Below, piece by piece: positions 51,790-64,000 of a stretch of DNA of 64,000 nt. Positions within the stretch are counted from its first letter, which is position 1. Every line of letters begins with the position of its first letter. Source of the DNA: Octopus sinensis (Eukaryota); assembly GCF_006345805.1 (NCBI RefSeq), contig NC_043009.1, positions 70,432,001 to 70,496,000 on the forward strand, read 5' to 3'. The notes under the pieces were generated by a model. It had not been told where the DNA came from, ran no database searches, and was given only the letters and a program-made list of their open reading frames with translations. Position numbers and translations under genes: made by a program.

Positions 51790-54420
51790 TCAACGGCCAT
51801 TAAAGTGGCAACACCACCAAGCTTGCTTGATGAGGAGAATGCTTGTTGGACACCCTACGGGACAAAACACAAAATCCGTCAAAGGGCGGAGGAACTCGTG
51901 AATAGTCAACGGTCATTCAACAAAATGTGCGTTAAAATGTGTGTACATAAGTATTCATTGCTTTATATACCTTATTTCTTAAATCTCCAAGTCAGTCACT
52001 CAGCACCAGAGCGAAAACCAGCACTTGTTGCCCTTAACTAAAGAACTACAACGTTAACATAGCTGTACTCAGTCTTGCAGGACCATCAAAGTTGGACAAA
52101 AGTAATGGTCGATACATATTTTTCTGGTTTGGAAGAAATGAAGACGAGCCACAGCTCTTGGTTTTGTTTTGCCATCAAAACAGAAACATCTAGATCCCTT
52201 GTTTCTCTACTCAGACGTATTTCTGACTGCATCATTACACTGGCGTTGGAATTTGATCACAACACTTGTGCTAAGCTTGTCAATTGCTATACCCCAACCA
52301 TGGCCAGCACTGAGCAGGGAAAGGATGAATTTTACAATCAACTCCATGATGTCATCTCCAGTTGTCACCGTAGGGATAAACTTATTATTATGCGCGACGC
52401 CGGAGTTGGTATTGACTGTCAGACATGGGAGGGTGTACCTGGTCGCCATGGTATAGGCCGAATGAACTCCATCAGTTTGCGTGTGCTCTCCATCTGCAGG
52501 GAATTCAGTCTAAGCATCACAAATACCTTTTTACAACAGCGAAATCGTTGCAAGATGATCTAGATGCATCCTAAACCTAAGGATTGGAATCTCATAGACT
52601 ATGTTATCACTAAGAAACGAGATATTAGAAACTTTAACGTTACACGTTCCTTTCATAACGCCTGCTATCTCTCTGACCATTCTCTTCTCCGTAGTAAGGC
52701 TATGTTCCATCTGATACACACAAGACTACAACAGTCATCAGTGCCTAAGCTCATTCATGTTCTGCCTTTGAAAACTGTTGAAAAGCAGGCTGAGCTCTCT
52801 ATCAAGTTGGACACTGCACCCAACACTGTTGATATCATTGATGACATAGAATAATCTTGGAAGGCTCTGTGGGATGCAACGTACTCTGCATATCTGTTGA
52901 GGTTCTCGGATTTCCTGTTCGTAAACATCAAGATTGGTTCAGTGATAACAACACTGCTCTCCAACAGTTGATAGGTAACATGCACAGCTCTCACAAAACA
53001 TGGATAAATGATAAGAACTCAACCAGAAAAGTGAATATTTATAAAATGCAGAGGCCAGGTCCAACGTGCTCTGAGACAGATGACGGAGGCTTGGTGGTCT
53101 TCAAAGGCTACTAATCTCCAAGACGCTACAGACAGAAAGGATTCTAAAGCCTCTTATGATGGCCTCAAGAAAGTGTATTGTCCTTAAAAGCGTGGTGTTA
53201 CTCCTATCTTTTCATCCAATCGAGAGACACTGTTGACTGAAAAATCTGACATCCTGAAACGATTGAAATATCATCTGGAAGCCATATTGAACTCCACCTG
53301 AGTCACTAAAGATGGAGTCATAATGTCGATTCCACAACACGCTGAAATACCGGAATTGTCTCTGGAGCCAGCCTTCCTGGAAGTAGTAAACTCTGTTAGA
53401 CATATCTCTACCGGTAAAGCGCCAGGCAGAGATGCTGTCCCTCCTGGGATCTACAAGAATGGAAGACAAGCATTTAAAAAAAATGCATGATCTCTCCATA
53501 AATATTTGGGTGGTAGGCCGTGTACCACAGGATTTCAAGGATGCCTCAATGCAACATCTACACAAAAACTAAGGAGATAGAGGTGTCTGTGATAATTATT
53601 GTGGAATATTAATTCTCTCTGTTGCTGGTAAGATTCTTGCTCAGCTCATTCTTGACAGGATCACCAAACACGTCATTAATGATATCCATCTGAATCCCTG
53701 CGTGGATTTCGCTCTGCTCGGGGCATTATCGACATGATCTTTTCCCTTCGACAGGTCATGGAGATGCTACATGAGAAAAACCAAGAGTTGTTCTTAATAT
53801 TCATTGACCTTAACGAGGACTTATACACTGTTAACTGGCAAGCACTATGGAAAGTTCTGAAAAAGACTGGTATAACTGTCAAGATGTTGAATGTTATCAT
53901 CTCCTTTCATGAGGAAATGAAGGCTGTTGTCGTATCTGGTGAAGAATATTCAGCTTCCTTCGACGTTACAAACGGCACAAAGCAAAGTTATGTTATGGCC
54001 CCTGCTTTGTTTGCACTCTTCTTTTCAGTGATGCTGAGGCATGCTTTTGGCAACATACAAAGTGGTGTCAAATTCCAGTTTTGAACAAGTGGGGGACTAT
54101 TCAATCATCAGCATTTCAAAGCCAGAACACTGCTATGCACCAGTATCATTCGTGATCTACTTTTTGCAGATGTTACTATACTAGTAGCGACCTCCTTAGA
54201 CGGAATTTAGGAACTTCTAGACCGGTTTTCTGCTGCATGTAACGCTTTTGGTTTGACCATCAGCATAAAGAAGACAGACGTAATCTACCAACATTGCCCT
54301 ACTCCCAAATAAATTCGAGACGTCAAGCAGAGGCCACCGGTTCACAATATTCCTGACACACCAATACAAGAAATATTCCTGACACAATATTCCTGACACA
54401 TCAATACAAGTTGATGGGAA
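51790..54420 (+). mobile_element. RTE-clade (BovB-like) LINE, decayed APE endonuclease and RT, 3'-truncated
   Basis: APERKPALVA, YTPTMASTEQGKDEFYNQL, WEGVPGRHGIG, HPKPKDWNLIDYVI, SDH, GKAPGRDAVP, DMIFSLRQVMEMLHEKNQELFLIFIDL, VTNGTKQSYVMAPALF, IRDLLFAD. Confidence 0.92.
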
Positions 54421-54429
54421 AACCTAAAT

Positions 54430-54670
54430 TACTTAACCGATAAGTTACGTGGACGTAAACACACTAACATCGGTTATCAAGAGATGGTGGGGAGACATAC
54501 ATATATATATTTATATATACGGCGTGCTTCTTTCCGTTTCAATCGACCACATCCACTTACAAGGTTTTGGTCGGCCAGAGGCTATAGTGGAAATAGTTGC
54601 CCAAGGTGGAATTGAACGTGGAAACTATATGGTTGGGAGTCGAGCTTTTTACCACACAGCTATGCCTGCG
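54430..54670 (-). mobile_element. CORE-like SINE copy
   Basis: ggacgtaaacacactaacatcgg..gaggctatagtggaa..gcccaaggtg..ttttaccacacagcta. Confidence 0.8.
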
Positions 54671-54685
54671 CCCATGTATCTATGT

Positions 54686-54744
<59 letters not shown>

Positions 54745-55920
54745 TATATATATATGTATTATGTATGTATGTATGGACCAAAACAGCTTGATTCAAATTC
54801 GCATCTACCTACCCACGTATTGAACCATATACTTGCATATTCTGTCCCTTCTCACATCCTCCCCCTAACAACCTGACCATTAAATGTTTAAATATTTTCG
54901 AAATTAGCGGGGTTTTTTTGGTGCTGTACTTGAACCTGGAATAGGGAAATTAATTTTAGTGTCGTATATGATGTGAACTTACCCCCTGCTATTCTACTCA
55001 ATAAGTTATATATATATATATATTTTCTTACTATTTTCTATAACTTCTTATTGTGTTTTCTTATTTTGATACCTTTACCTATTAACCTCTTATCTCTCAT
55101 ATAAACTCTCTGCTTACTTAAGCCTAGAAGAGTTGATTATAATACATCCATAATAAAGTACAAATATTTGTGTATATTTGCATGCGTGCACATAGTTATA
55201 TATGTACATATATCTGTGCACAACTTGTTTTTCCGATTTTTTTCTTTTCTGATTCTTAGCTTATAATTAATATAAAGATAGCATGATTTATCGCCTCAGT
55301 ATTCCATAAGTAAATACCCAGAGCAATCTTTATAGAAACCACCTTATAAGTAAATAATTAAGTACAGGTATAAATAGTAAACTAATTCTATGTAATCTTC
55401 CCTTTCTAATGTTGAAAATTGGTATATATTCACAGTTTATCTATTCTGGTTATGATATCATTTTTAGTAACCTTAAATTTTATCTTCATACAACATAATA
55501 TAGTTTATATACAATCATCCATTGTATCCCATGATAGTTTCCTCTGTATTAGCATCATAGGTTTTATTAGCATCTTGTCCCTTTAATTAGTAACTGACAT
55601 CTTGATTTAGGGTCTCCCCCTACCCAACCTCCTTTATGGACAGTTACTTATGCATTTCCTAAAATCCTGATAATATTTATGACCATACCCAACTATAAAC
55701 TGTCAACTCACTCTGATAAAGAAACAGTAGGAAATTTTAAATGAACCACGATCTTTTACAAGCTATGGGCCCTAAAAGACTTCATACAGTTCTTAGAAGT
55801 ATAATATATTCTGAGTCATATTAGTAGAACATGGACCTCTTCCCTCTTCTTGCTCAACTAGAGAATTTGAGTAAAATTATATTAATGCGTCCAACTAATA
55901 TATATATATATATATATATA

Positions 55921-56193
55921 CCGGAGTAAACACATAAATGTGAAACAAGGTGGAAAAAAGAGTACTCAAATACCAGTGGTAGAGTAATATGCTTTATTTT
56001 AAGCAGCAGAAAATTCAACAAAATCTGTTACTCTGAGTTTCTCGTTGCCGTTCATCAGACAGTTTTTGCTAGAATGGAACTGTATAGATTGAATTGATAT
56101 ATCAGTTCCATTCTAGCAAAAACTGTCTGATGAACGGCAACGAGAAACTCAGAGTAACAGATTTTGTTGAATTTTCTGCTGCTTAAAATAAAG
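55921..56193. mobile_element. Penelope-like terminus with a perfect 91-bp inverted repeat (55992-56082 / 56103-56193)
   Basis: Arms are exact reverse complements with a 20-nt spacer; same family as 5035-5175. Confidence 0.9.
56123..56160 (+). ncRNA. Minimal type I hammerhead ribozyme (mirror copy on minus strand at 56025-56062)
   Basis: CTGT-CTGATGA-ACG-GCAA-CGA-GAAA-CTCAGAG-TA-ACAG: intact core, GNRA loop, near-palindromic stem III, GUA site. Confidence 0.85.
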
Positions 56194-56213
56194 TATATAT
56201 ATATATATATATA

Positions 56214-56640
56214 TTAATCCAAACAAGAAAGCACAAAAAAAAACACAACGTGGAACAAATATAGTATTATTGGACGCTCAGGAAAGAAGGAGGGTTTAAC
56301 GTTTCGAGCGGAGCTCTTCGTCGGAAATATAGGAGAAGGAAAAATCCAGGGAAGGGAAGACAGAGGGAAAAATCGCAAAAAAGGACGAGGAAAAAGTGGT
56401 AGAGTCACGGACAAATTTTTTTGATTTCCAATCACGATTTCAGTGGCGTACTGCGGAAGAATGGTAACAGTAATCCGTAGGTGTAAAAATCCAGGAATTG
56501 GTATTCAAGGCACTCAGAGGGCCGGGTTTCGTGTAAGCGTACGGTATATAAAGTTAATCCAAACAAGAAAGCATAAAAAAACACAAAAGCACGAGGACGT
56601 AGAACAAATATAGTATTATTGGACGCACAGGTAAGAAGGA
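56214..56640 (-). mobile_element. Hammerhead-like PLE terminus / retrozyme-like unit of 340 nt with a terminal partial direct repeat
   Basis: ttaatccaaacaagaaagc at 56214 and 56554; minus strand ttt-CCGACGA-AGAGC-TCC-GCTC-GAAA-CGT-T-aaa at 56294-56327. Confidence 0.7.
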
Positions 56641-56959
56641 TATATATATATATATCAAAAGGATTTGTTATAATACTATTCCACAGCCATACCAACAATC
56701 CGACATAGCTCCATCATCAGCTGCCCGACGGATATCATTATGGTTTCGACACCTGGGCAGTTTTTCACCTGTACATATCTATCATATATATATATATATG
56801 TATATGTGTATGTGTGTATTACGGAGATGTACTTGCATAACACGAGACCTGAACGAGATCGTGTGCTGAAAGAAAAACAATTGCAGCGTGGAAGGTGTTT
56901 ATAAACCATTTAAAAACACATGTGCAAAAACACAGACACGTATACACGCTTATATACCT

Positions 56960-57300
56960 AAATACTTACATGCATACATACATACATTCATATATACATA
57001 CATATATACGTATAGGCATGCACACATGCATACATATATACATAATCACATATTTACACGTATGTATAGATACATACGTACATACATACATACACATACA
57101 TATATACATACACAGATACATACATACATACATACATACATACATACATACACACATACATACATAAATACATACACACACATACATATATACGTTCATA
57201 CATACACACACACATACATACATACATACATACATACATACATACATACATACATACATACATACATACATACATACGTACGTACGTACGTACGCACGTA
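56960..57300. repeat. (CATA)n-rich compound microsatellite
   Basis: Direct reading. Confidence 0.9.
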
Positions 57301-57414
57301 GGTACGTACATATATATCATGAATTAACTGTCACTTTCTCAGATGCAGCAGGGAATTTTGTCAATGAACAGTTCGCGGTCTCAAAGTGACGAAAATATTT
57401 TGGCAAATAAAATT

Positions 57415-57665
57415 TGCTTGACTGTGTGGTAAGAAACTGGCTTCCTAACTACATGGTTGTCGCTTCAGTCCCACTGTGTGGCACCTTGTGCGTGAGAGTC
57501 TTTGTATCTCTGCTTGTACCCCCGCCATTGACTGACAATCGATGTTGGTGTATTTACGTGCCCGTAACCAAGCGGTTCGCAAAATATACCGATAGAAAAA
57601 GTTGTACGACTACAAAAACCTTGAAGGCTATGCTCCAGCATGGCCGCAGTCAAATGACTAAAAGT
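57415..57665 (+). mobile_element. CORE-like SINE copy
   Basis: tgtgtggtaagaaac..ttcagtcccactgtgtggcaccttg..gctccagcatggccgcagtcaaatgact. Confidence 0.85.
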
Positions 57666-58340
57666 GATTTAAAACCAGAAACGGCGACTCTAATCTGTGC
57701 TTCCCAAGAGCAAGCACTAAGAACAAACTACATAAAAAACAGATTAGACAACACAGCAAGTGTTAAGTGCAGAATATGTGGACAAAACTGTGAGGAAGTA
57801 TCGCATATTACCAGCTAATGTACACCACTAGCCCAGAGGGAATATAAGAGACGCTACGACAATATAGCCAAGCTTGTTTGTCCATTGGACACTGCAGCAA
57901 GTATGGATTTGAAAGAGAAAATAATTGGTACGACCACAAACCTGAAGGCATCGTCGAAAATACATATACAAAGATCCTATGGGATCTTATGATTCAATGC
58001 GACCATGAGATAGAGAATAGGAAGCCGGACATGGTGTTAATTGAGAAAGAAAACAAACTATGCAGGATCATAGTTATAGCATGTCCAGCTGACAACAAGG
58101 TATGCGATAGGGAAGAAAGAAAAGTCGAGAGATATGACACGTTAGCTTGGGACGTTAAGCAGTTGTGGTCGATGAAAAAGTTAGCAGTAGTACCAATAAT
58201 TGTCGGAGCCCTGGGATCAGTGAGCAAAAATCTCGAGAATTACGTGGAACAAATAGGGACTGCAATAAGTGTGGAGCACTTGCAGAAGATAGTACTGCTT
58301 GGAACCGCTCGAATACTCCAGAAGGTGCTCGAAAAATAAG
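57661..58340 (+). mobile_element. 5'-truncated R4/Dong-like non-LTR fragment, third family
   Basis: KSDLKPETATLICASQEQALRTNY, CRICGQNCEEVSHITS*C, KILWD, RKPDMVLI, ACPAD, VVPIIVGALGSV, LLGTARILQKVL. Confidence 0.9.
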
Positions 58341-58445
58341 TGAGCTGGCAGTACATCTCTATTGTTAGAAGCTGTGCAAAGGCAATGTATACACACACAC
58401 ACACATATATATATACATACATACATACTTACACACACACACACA

Positions 58446-58526
<81 letters not shown>

Positions 58527-58645
58527 AAAGGATAAAATGTTATAAAAAAAATCTTTATCAATGGCCAGCACATAAACAATAGGCCGATTAAGGTGAAATC
58601 ATATATATATATAATTATAATGCCCGTAATTATATATATATATGT

Positions 58646-58700
<55 letters not shown>

Positions 58701-58810
58701 TGTGTGTATGTATATATATATATATATATATATAAATATATATATATATATGCATATATACGATCATATACTCACACACATACGCACTTATTTATATCTG
58801 TCTGTATGTA

Positions 58811-60084
58811 AAGGGTGGGAAAGCAAAACTTGCAAAATTGCTGTAGCGTTTGAAATTCTCTCATTGCGCATTAATAGGTTCAGTAATTCAAAAATAGGTT
58901 AATAACATTCACATGCAATTACAAAACGAAAACTCTATTCTGCGTGGCTTCCATTGTTTGTAATTACGGCCTCGACTCGGGCCCCCGGAACCCACACAAT
59001 TCTTGATCACGAAGCCAGTGGACATTCTGTCCCACTCCTCATTGATGCCAGCCTTCAGAGGGCTGATGCTGGGGTGGGCAGTTTTTTGCCACACAATATA
59101 GTCGAGAGGGTTGAGATCCGGGCTGAAAGATGGTCAGAAATCTGCAGGCCAGAAAGTAGCAAATTTGATTGGCAGAAATCCTGCATCTTCCTGGCAGTAT
59201 AGCTGGGAGCAGCATCCTTGGTCCGCACATAGTTGCCCTCCGGGAAATTGGGCTTGAACCATGACAAGTCATGGTACCTCAGCGTCTTGTAGGAGGAGTC
59301 AGCACCCACCTTTTCTCCAGAGTTGTAGAAGTAGATAGGCATCTTCCTTCTGTCGGAGACCACAACACCGAAGGTCAACACCTGGGCTTGATGATTTGTT
59401 CCATATATGCCTCTCGCGTCAGTCAGCTGTGGACTCTGCAATGTACCGGTTGTTTTTGCGGTTCACAACTGCATCCACTGTGAAGATTTCTCGTGAGAGA
59501 AAATTTTCAAAGTGGATCCGTTCTTGAGTTATGTGAGAACCTTTCTGCACCTCTCCAGTCTCGTGGTCTTCATACATCCTGTCAGTTGGTGTCTCGGTAA
59601 CGTGGTGTAGAACTTGAGGTTCGGTTCATGTCATCATTCACAGCTCTTCTGACGGTCATAGGGTCTGTTTCAAGTTCAGAAGCCAGCTTCCTAATGGATG
59701 TGGTTGGGTCCGTTGCAATTTTGAACTTGAGGGTGTTGATGAAGTCGTGATTCCGCTTCTTGTTGGTCTCACCATTGCCAGAATGCTTCCTCTGAATGAT
59801 GTTGCCCATGTACAGTCTCTACCTGGTGTTATAAACTGTTCATGAGGATACTCCGACAATGCTTCACAGATCCTCTTCAGATCGACTTGTGCACGGACCA
59901 AACCACATATTCTTTGGCGTTTGTCTTCCTGCAGAGTCATAAACTCAAACATTCCTGCAAAAAGGAGTTTCCCATGAGCGGACAATGTATTCTTTGTTCT
60001 GCATTAGGTTTCATATTATTTGCTGTAGCAGTTGCTGTGAAATATTAGCGTAACTTCAAATGCAAGCTTTGATTCCCGACCCTG
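58811..60084 (-). mobile_element. Full-length but frameshifted maT (DD37D-like) Tc1/mariner transposon
   Basis: Imperfect TIRs (c/a)agggt(g/c)ggaa..caaaa(g)cttgca at both ends; peptides QEDKRQRI, DPTTSIRKLASEL, VLTFGVVVSD, NYVRTKDAAPSYTARKMQDFC, PDLNPLDYIVW. Confidence 0.88.
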
Positions 60085-60339
60085 TGTCTATGTATGTATA
60101 AAAACATTTTAAGTCTTACCCTTAAGGATATCCTGTTGGAATGACGATGATAGACTAAACTTATTCAAATCGAGACTCCTTAATTTAAAGTCTATAAACT
60201 AAGTGACCTTAACATATTGGTGCTTTTGTTAGGGGCCGCGTCTACCAACTACATTGCTTGGTGATTTGTCCCTCCTTTCTTCAGAAAAGAGCAGTTGGCC
60301 ATATTGACAAGAGACAAAGCACTCTATATATATCTTTTA

Positions 60340-60533
60340 GATTTTACTCCTGCCAGTCATTAGACTGTGGCCATACTGGGTCACCGTCTTCATTCGAATG
60401 ACTTAACCATAGTATGTAATTTTTAAAAGCCTGGTACTCATTATACCGGTCACTTTTCTAGAACAGGTAAGATACTGAGACGTGAACAAACCAACATCGG
60501 TTGTCAAGCGTTGATGACAGACAAATACAAATC

Positions 60534-60588
<55 letters not shown>

Positions 60589-60750
60589 ACATATATATAT
60601 ATATACACATATGTATTTACGGCGGTCTTCTCTCAGTTTCCGTATTCCAAGTCCATCCAATGATTTGATCGTCCTGCGGTTATAAAAAGGAGGTTCGCAC
60701 CCAAGGTGCAAGGAAGTGAGAGTGAGTCATGTTGTCGGGAAGTAAAGTCC
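60340..60750 (-). mobile_element. Diverged CORE-like SINE with internal (CA)n
   Basis: cagtcattagactgtggccatactgg, aacatcggttgtcaagcg, ctcagtttccgt, cccaaggtgc. Confidence 0.75.
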
Positions 60751-61016
60751 TTACAGCACCGACGCGTCTCCACTTTGGGCCGCCTTAACATTTATTTTAT
60801 GTTTCGGCCGGACTAGAACGCTTACCGAACTTTCTCCGTCTCACGCTTATATGCTTATAGACGTACATGCATACACACATATACATATTTGTATATCTCT
60901 CAAGAAAATGTTTCTCGTTCTCTCTTTCCCTCTCTCTCTAAACACACACACATACACACACAACACAGAGAAACACAAACACATGCATATATATATATAC
61001 ATACATATATACATAC

Positions 61017-61050
<34 letters not shown>

Positions 61051-61151
61051 CACACATATATATATATATATATATACAGAGATAGATAGGGAGAGAGACA
61101 GACAGATAAATAGATAGATATATGATTATGTCTGCGTGTGCATGCGTGTGA

Positions 61152-61202
<51 letters not shown>

Positions 61203-62694
61203 TGGCTATATATGTAATTCACAGAAGAAAAAGACAAACATCTGTATTGGTTTTCCTACTTTTCCTTATCCGTGTCTTGCATATGAATGTCGCATTCGTG
61301 TATTCATAGAGTGCGTCGTTACTGAACTTTTAGACGGTGATACGGATAGTAATGTTGGAATAGTATTTGAATATCAGGCCCGGAGATAACATCACCTGTT
61401 CTGTCGCTGACACGTCTCTGCTGCAAGCATGAATTACTTATATTTTAATATCGCAGCACATCTGCGTTTCTCTCACATTCTGCAATGAACTACTACTTTA
61501 AACCCCAACTGGGACAATTTTCTGTGTTCAGGCTATGATAACGGCAGTCTTGTCTTTCTGTTATCAGTGCTATGAGAATCATTTCACAGAAAGAAATGCG
61601 ATGTAAATTGGGAAAATGCATATGGAACATGATATTTGTCTTTCTCATCACTGGTTGCAATAGGGGTTAAAATTTGATTAAGGGATTAAATGCTAATATC
61701 TTCAAATTTTCATGCACCCAGTTTCGTAACTCCCACTCAGAAAACATACCATCAAATATCTTCCATTTGCAACCATGTCACACACCTTTTAGTAAAGGGA
61801 CTGCATAGATGTAACGAATGTATCGCTAACAACTTTTTCAGAAAATACCCACAACGCAGGAAAAGTTAAAACGAAAATGGACGATAGCATCGACGTAGCC
61901 AGCGAAGAAATTTTAATTAGATAAAATTGCTCCATTAGAAGAAGTATAAGTCATATCAAGAAGGCAGTAGAAATGGTTTTGTTCATTAGGAGTAAAAATT
62001 TGTTAGTGCCATTTTGTGTGAGAAATATAGATTTTTATGTAAAACCAACAGCCCAATGGTTACTGGTTATAATGATAAAAACTATTACACACACACACAA
62101 CACCCACACACACACGCACGCACACAAACGCATATATCGCGCTACTGTGTCTCAAGAAATATGGCTAAATTTTGTGTTTGTCTAATTTGCAGTTTAACGT
62201 GTTGTATGGTAACGCAAAAACGCGATATTGATTAAAAGGCAGCGGGAGGTTGTTAAGTTTTAATATTGTCAGTGAATCTTTAAGAGGTTAGTGATATATG
62301 CACATTGTATACTTAGATAAAGACATGATCACGCAGCATGGCAAACTCTCCTCTGCTCACTGTGGTAGTGGAGAGAGGAAAGCCAAATAAAAGGTAGCAA
62401 AATCCCTACAGAAACCCCTTGTTGCATGGCATTATCAGCGCCAGTGCTCCGATCTCGTCGCTGAACGTGAAACCTGATGTCACGCTGTCATGTGGAATGC
62501 AGTCTACAGTGAAGATACTCAAGGTTACTGTCCTTGCACTCACATGCAGCCTCTGCTGTCGTGACTGTTTGCCCCGAATGGGTCGCTTAGCCATCAGCAG
62601 GCCTAGAACAGACGTGGGCACGCCCCCCTCCGTGAATCTTCGCTCGCGGAGCCTACCCAAAAATAAGAAATCACGCACACGCGCGCACACACAC

Positions 62695-62930
62695 ATGACG
62701 GACTCTCCCGTTGAAGACGACGTATGAGCGTTCAACATTTGCTGAACGATTTGCACAAATGATTTTCTCTTGGACGTTCCTCTGTCACCTTTTCCTGAAG
62801 AAGAGCCTTGCTCGAAACGTAAAACTAGTTTTCTATCCTTCCCTGAGCGTCTGCTAATACTTTGCATGTACCACGTCCTCGCGTTGTTGTTTTTTTCTTC
62901 GAAGGGGATTACGTTAAAATTTACGTAAAT
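62695..62930 (+). mobile_element. PLE-like terminus with hammerhead-like motif (62790-62825), same family as 56214-56640
   Basis: CTGAAGA-AGAGC-CTT-GCTC-GAAA-CGT-A-aaac, then cctgagcgtc..aatact..tgt.ccacgtcctcgcgttgttg. Confidence 0.7.
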
Positions 62931-63432
62931 AAGTAATTTGTTAAACATGCCTAGTCCAGAAACTTCTTGATATAACCTCGTATATACCGTGGTGAATAGA
63001 TGAGTACAGAGCGAAATCAGTTTGCTGAAAAATGACTTGCGTCTTGGGCTTGCTTCTGGACAAGTGGCTTCATGTGCTTTTGTGTCCCGAGATTTATCAG
63101 ATTTATAAATGCAGAACCAGTGAAAGGGATTTTTTCTCTTGGCAATAGTGAAATATTAGGTAGAATGTAACTTGTCGCTCTCTCTTAATTTGTTCGTTCC
63201 TTTGTTTTTACAATTTGCAATCGAATGGTTTTTAATTCACTTTTCTTCGCGCATACATACACCCACAAAGACAAATACGCTCGCGCGCACGTGCGGGCAA
63301 AATTACGTACAGGAACTGCATGATTATCTACACTTGAGATTTGAGGAAAGTTTGGCATCGTAATTTCTTTCGTGGTCTGGGTGTCTACATAGGCGTGAGC
63401 ATACCCGAACAGTCGCGCAAACGGTTGACCAT

Positions 63433-63436
63433 CGAT

Positions 63437-63489
<53 letters not shown>

Positions 63490-63510
63490 TTGATAATGAT
63501 GATGATGATA
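63433..63510. repeat. (GAT)n microsatellite
   Basis: Direct reading. Confidence 0.95.
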
Positions 63511-64000
63511 GTGCGATAACGCAAACTTTTCTCTCGCCCTGTTTGCCAAATTAAACGGGTTGCAATTCATATTGATTTCTATTGAATTCCCACTGTAACA
63601 TGGTTGGGTCTGAGAATCAACAAGGACGTTAAAGTCATCGTTCATCACCAGGCAACGTTTATCAATGAACAATTGTATGCAACAGAGAAACCCTTGAAAT
63701 ATACACCACATTTGGACCTCCTCTACTCAGTGATGACCTAACTGCCCAATCCATTGGCTTTTAGTTGCCCCCACATTCTCTTGCATATACACACATACAT
63801 GCATTCATGTATATACACCCTGTCACCTGTGTGTATGTGTGTGAACGTACATGTTCCTATGCATATATGGATTGTGAGAGAAATTACGAAACAGCTTGAC
63901 ACGATTAAATAACAAATTTGGTGTTTCTGGACGATGGAGAACACCAGCAGAAGAGACATCAAAACAGATGGCATTGTTGTCTGAAAAAGCCTGTAATTCC

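Noticed and set aside
51790-54420. Horizontal transfer of a BovB-like RTE
   Set aside because: The copy is heavily decayed, RTEs are widespread in molluscs, and nothing in the sequence alone supports transfer
56700-56775. CTGATGA and GAAAC on the minus strand in permuted order
   Set aside because: Stems I and II do not pair in any hammerhead topology

Overview
AT-rich, microsatellite-saturated eukaryotic genomic DNA, most likely from an octopus (coleoid cephalopod), judged from the tRNA-derived SINE families (CORE-like and Meta-like domains, tail motif gactgcggccatgctggagcaccgcc). No host protein-coding gene could be identified with confidence; a few minus-strand exon candidates are listed at low confidence. 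The window is mostly a patchwork of transposon remnants: three R4/Dong-like and one other restriction-like-endonuclease non-LTR fragment, an RTE (BovB-like) LINE, a young 5'-truncated Tx1/L1 copy inside a (GATA)n tract, two maT (DD37D) and one mariner DNA transposon, Helitron-like elements, MITE-like foldbacks, SINEs and Penelope-like (PLE) termini. The most striking signal is a set of about ten minimal type I hammerhead ribozyme motifs, read by eye, from several unrelated repeat families. They include a perfect 91-bp inverted repeat carrying a hammerhead on each strand, and a ~358-nt retrozyme-like unit. That unit has been split next to its ribozyme by a 1.8-kb ORF1-only (HAL1-like) retroposon with a 12-bp target-site duplication. 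All structure and family calls were made by eye, without database searches.
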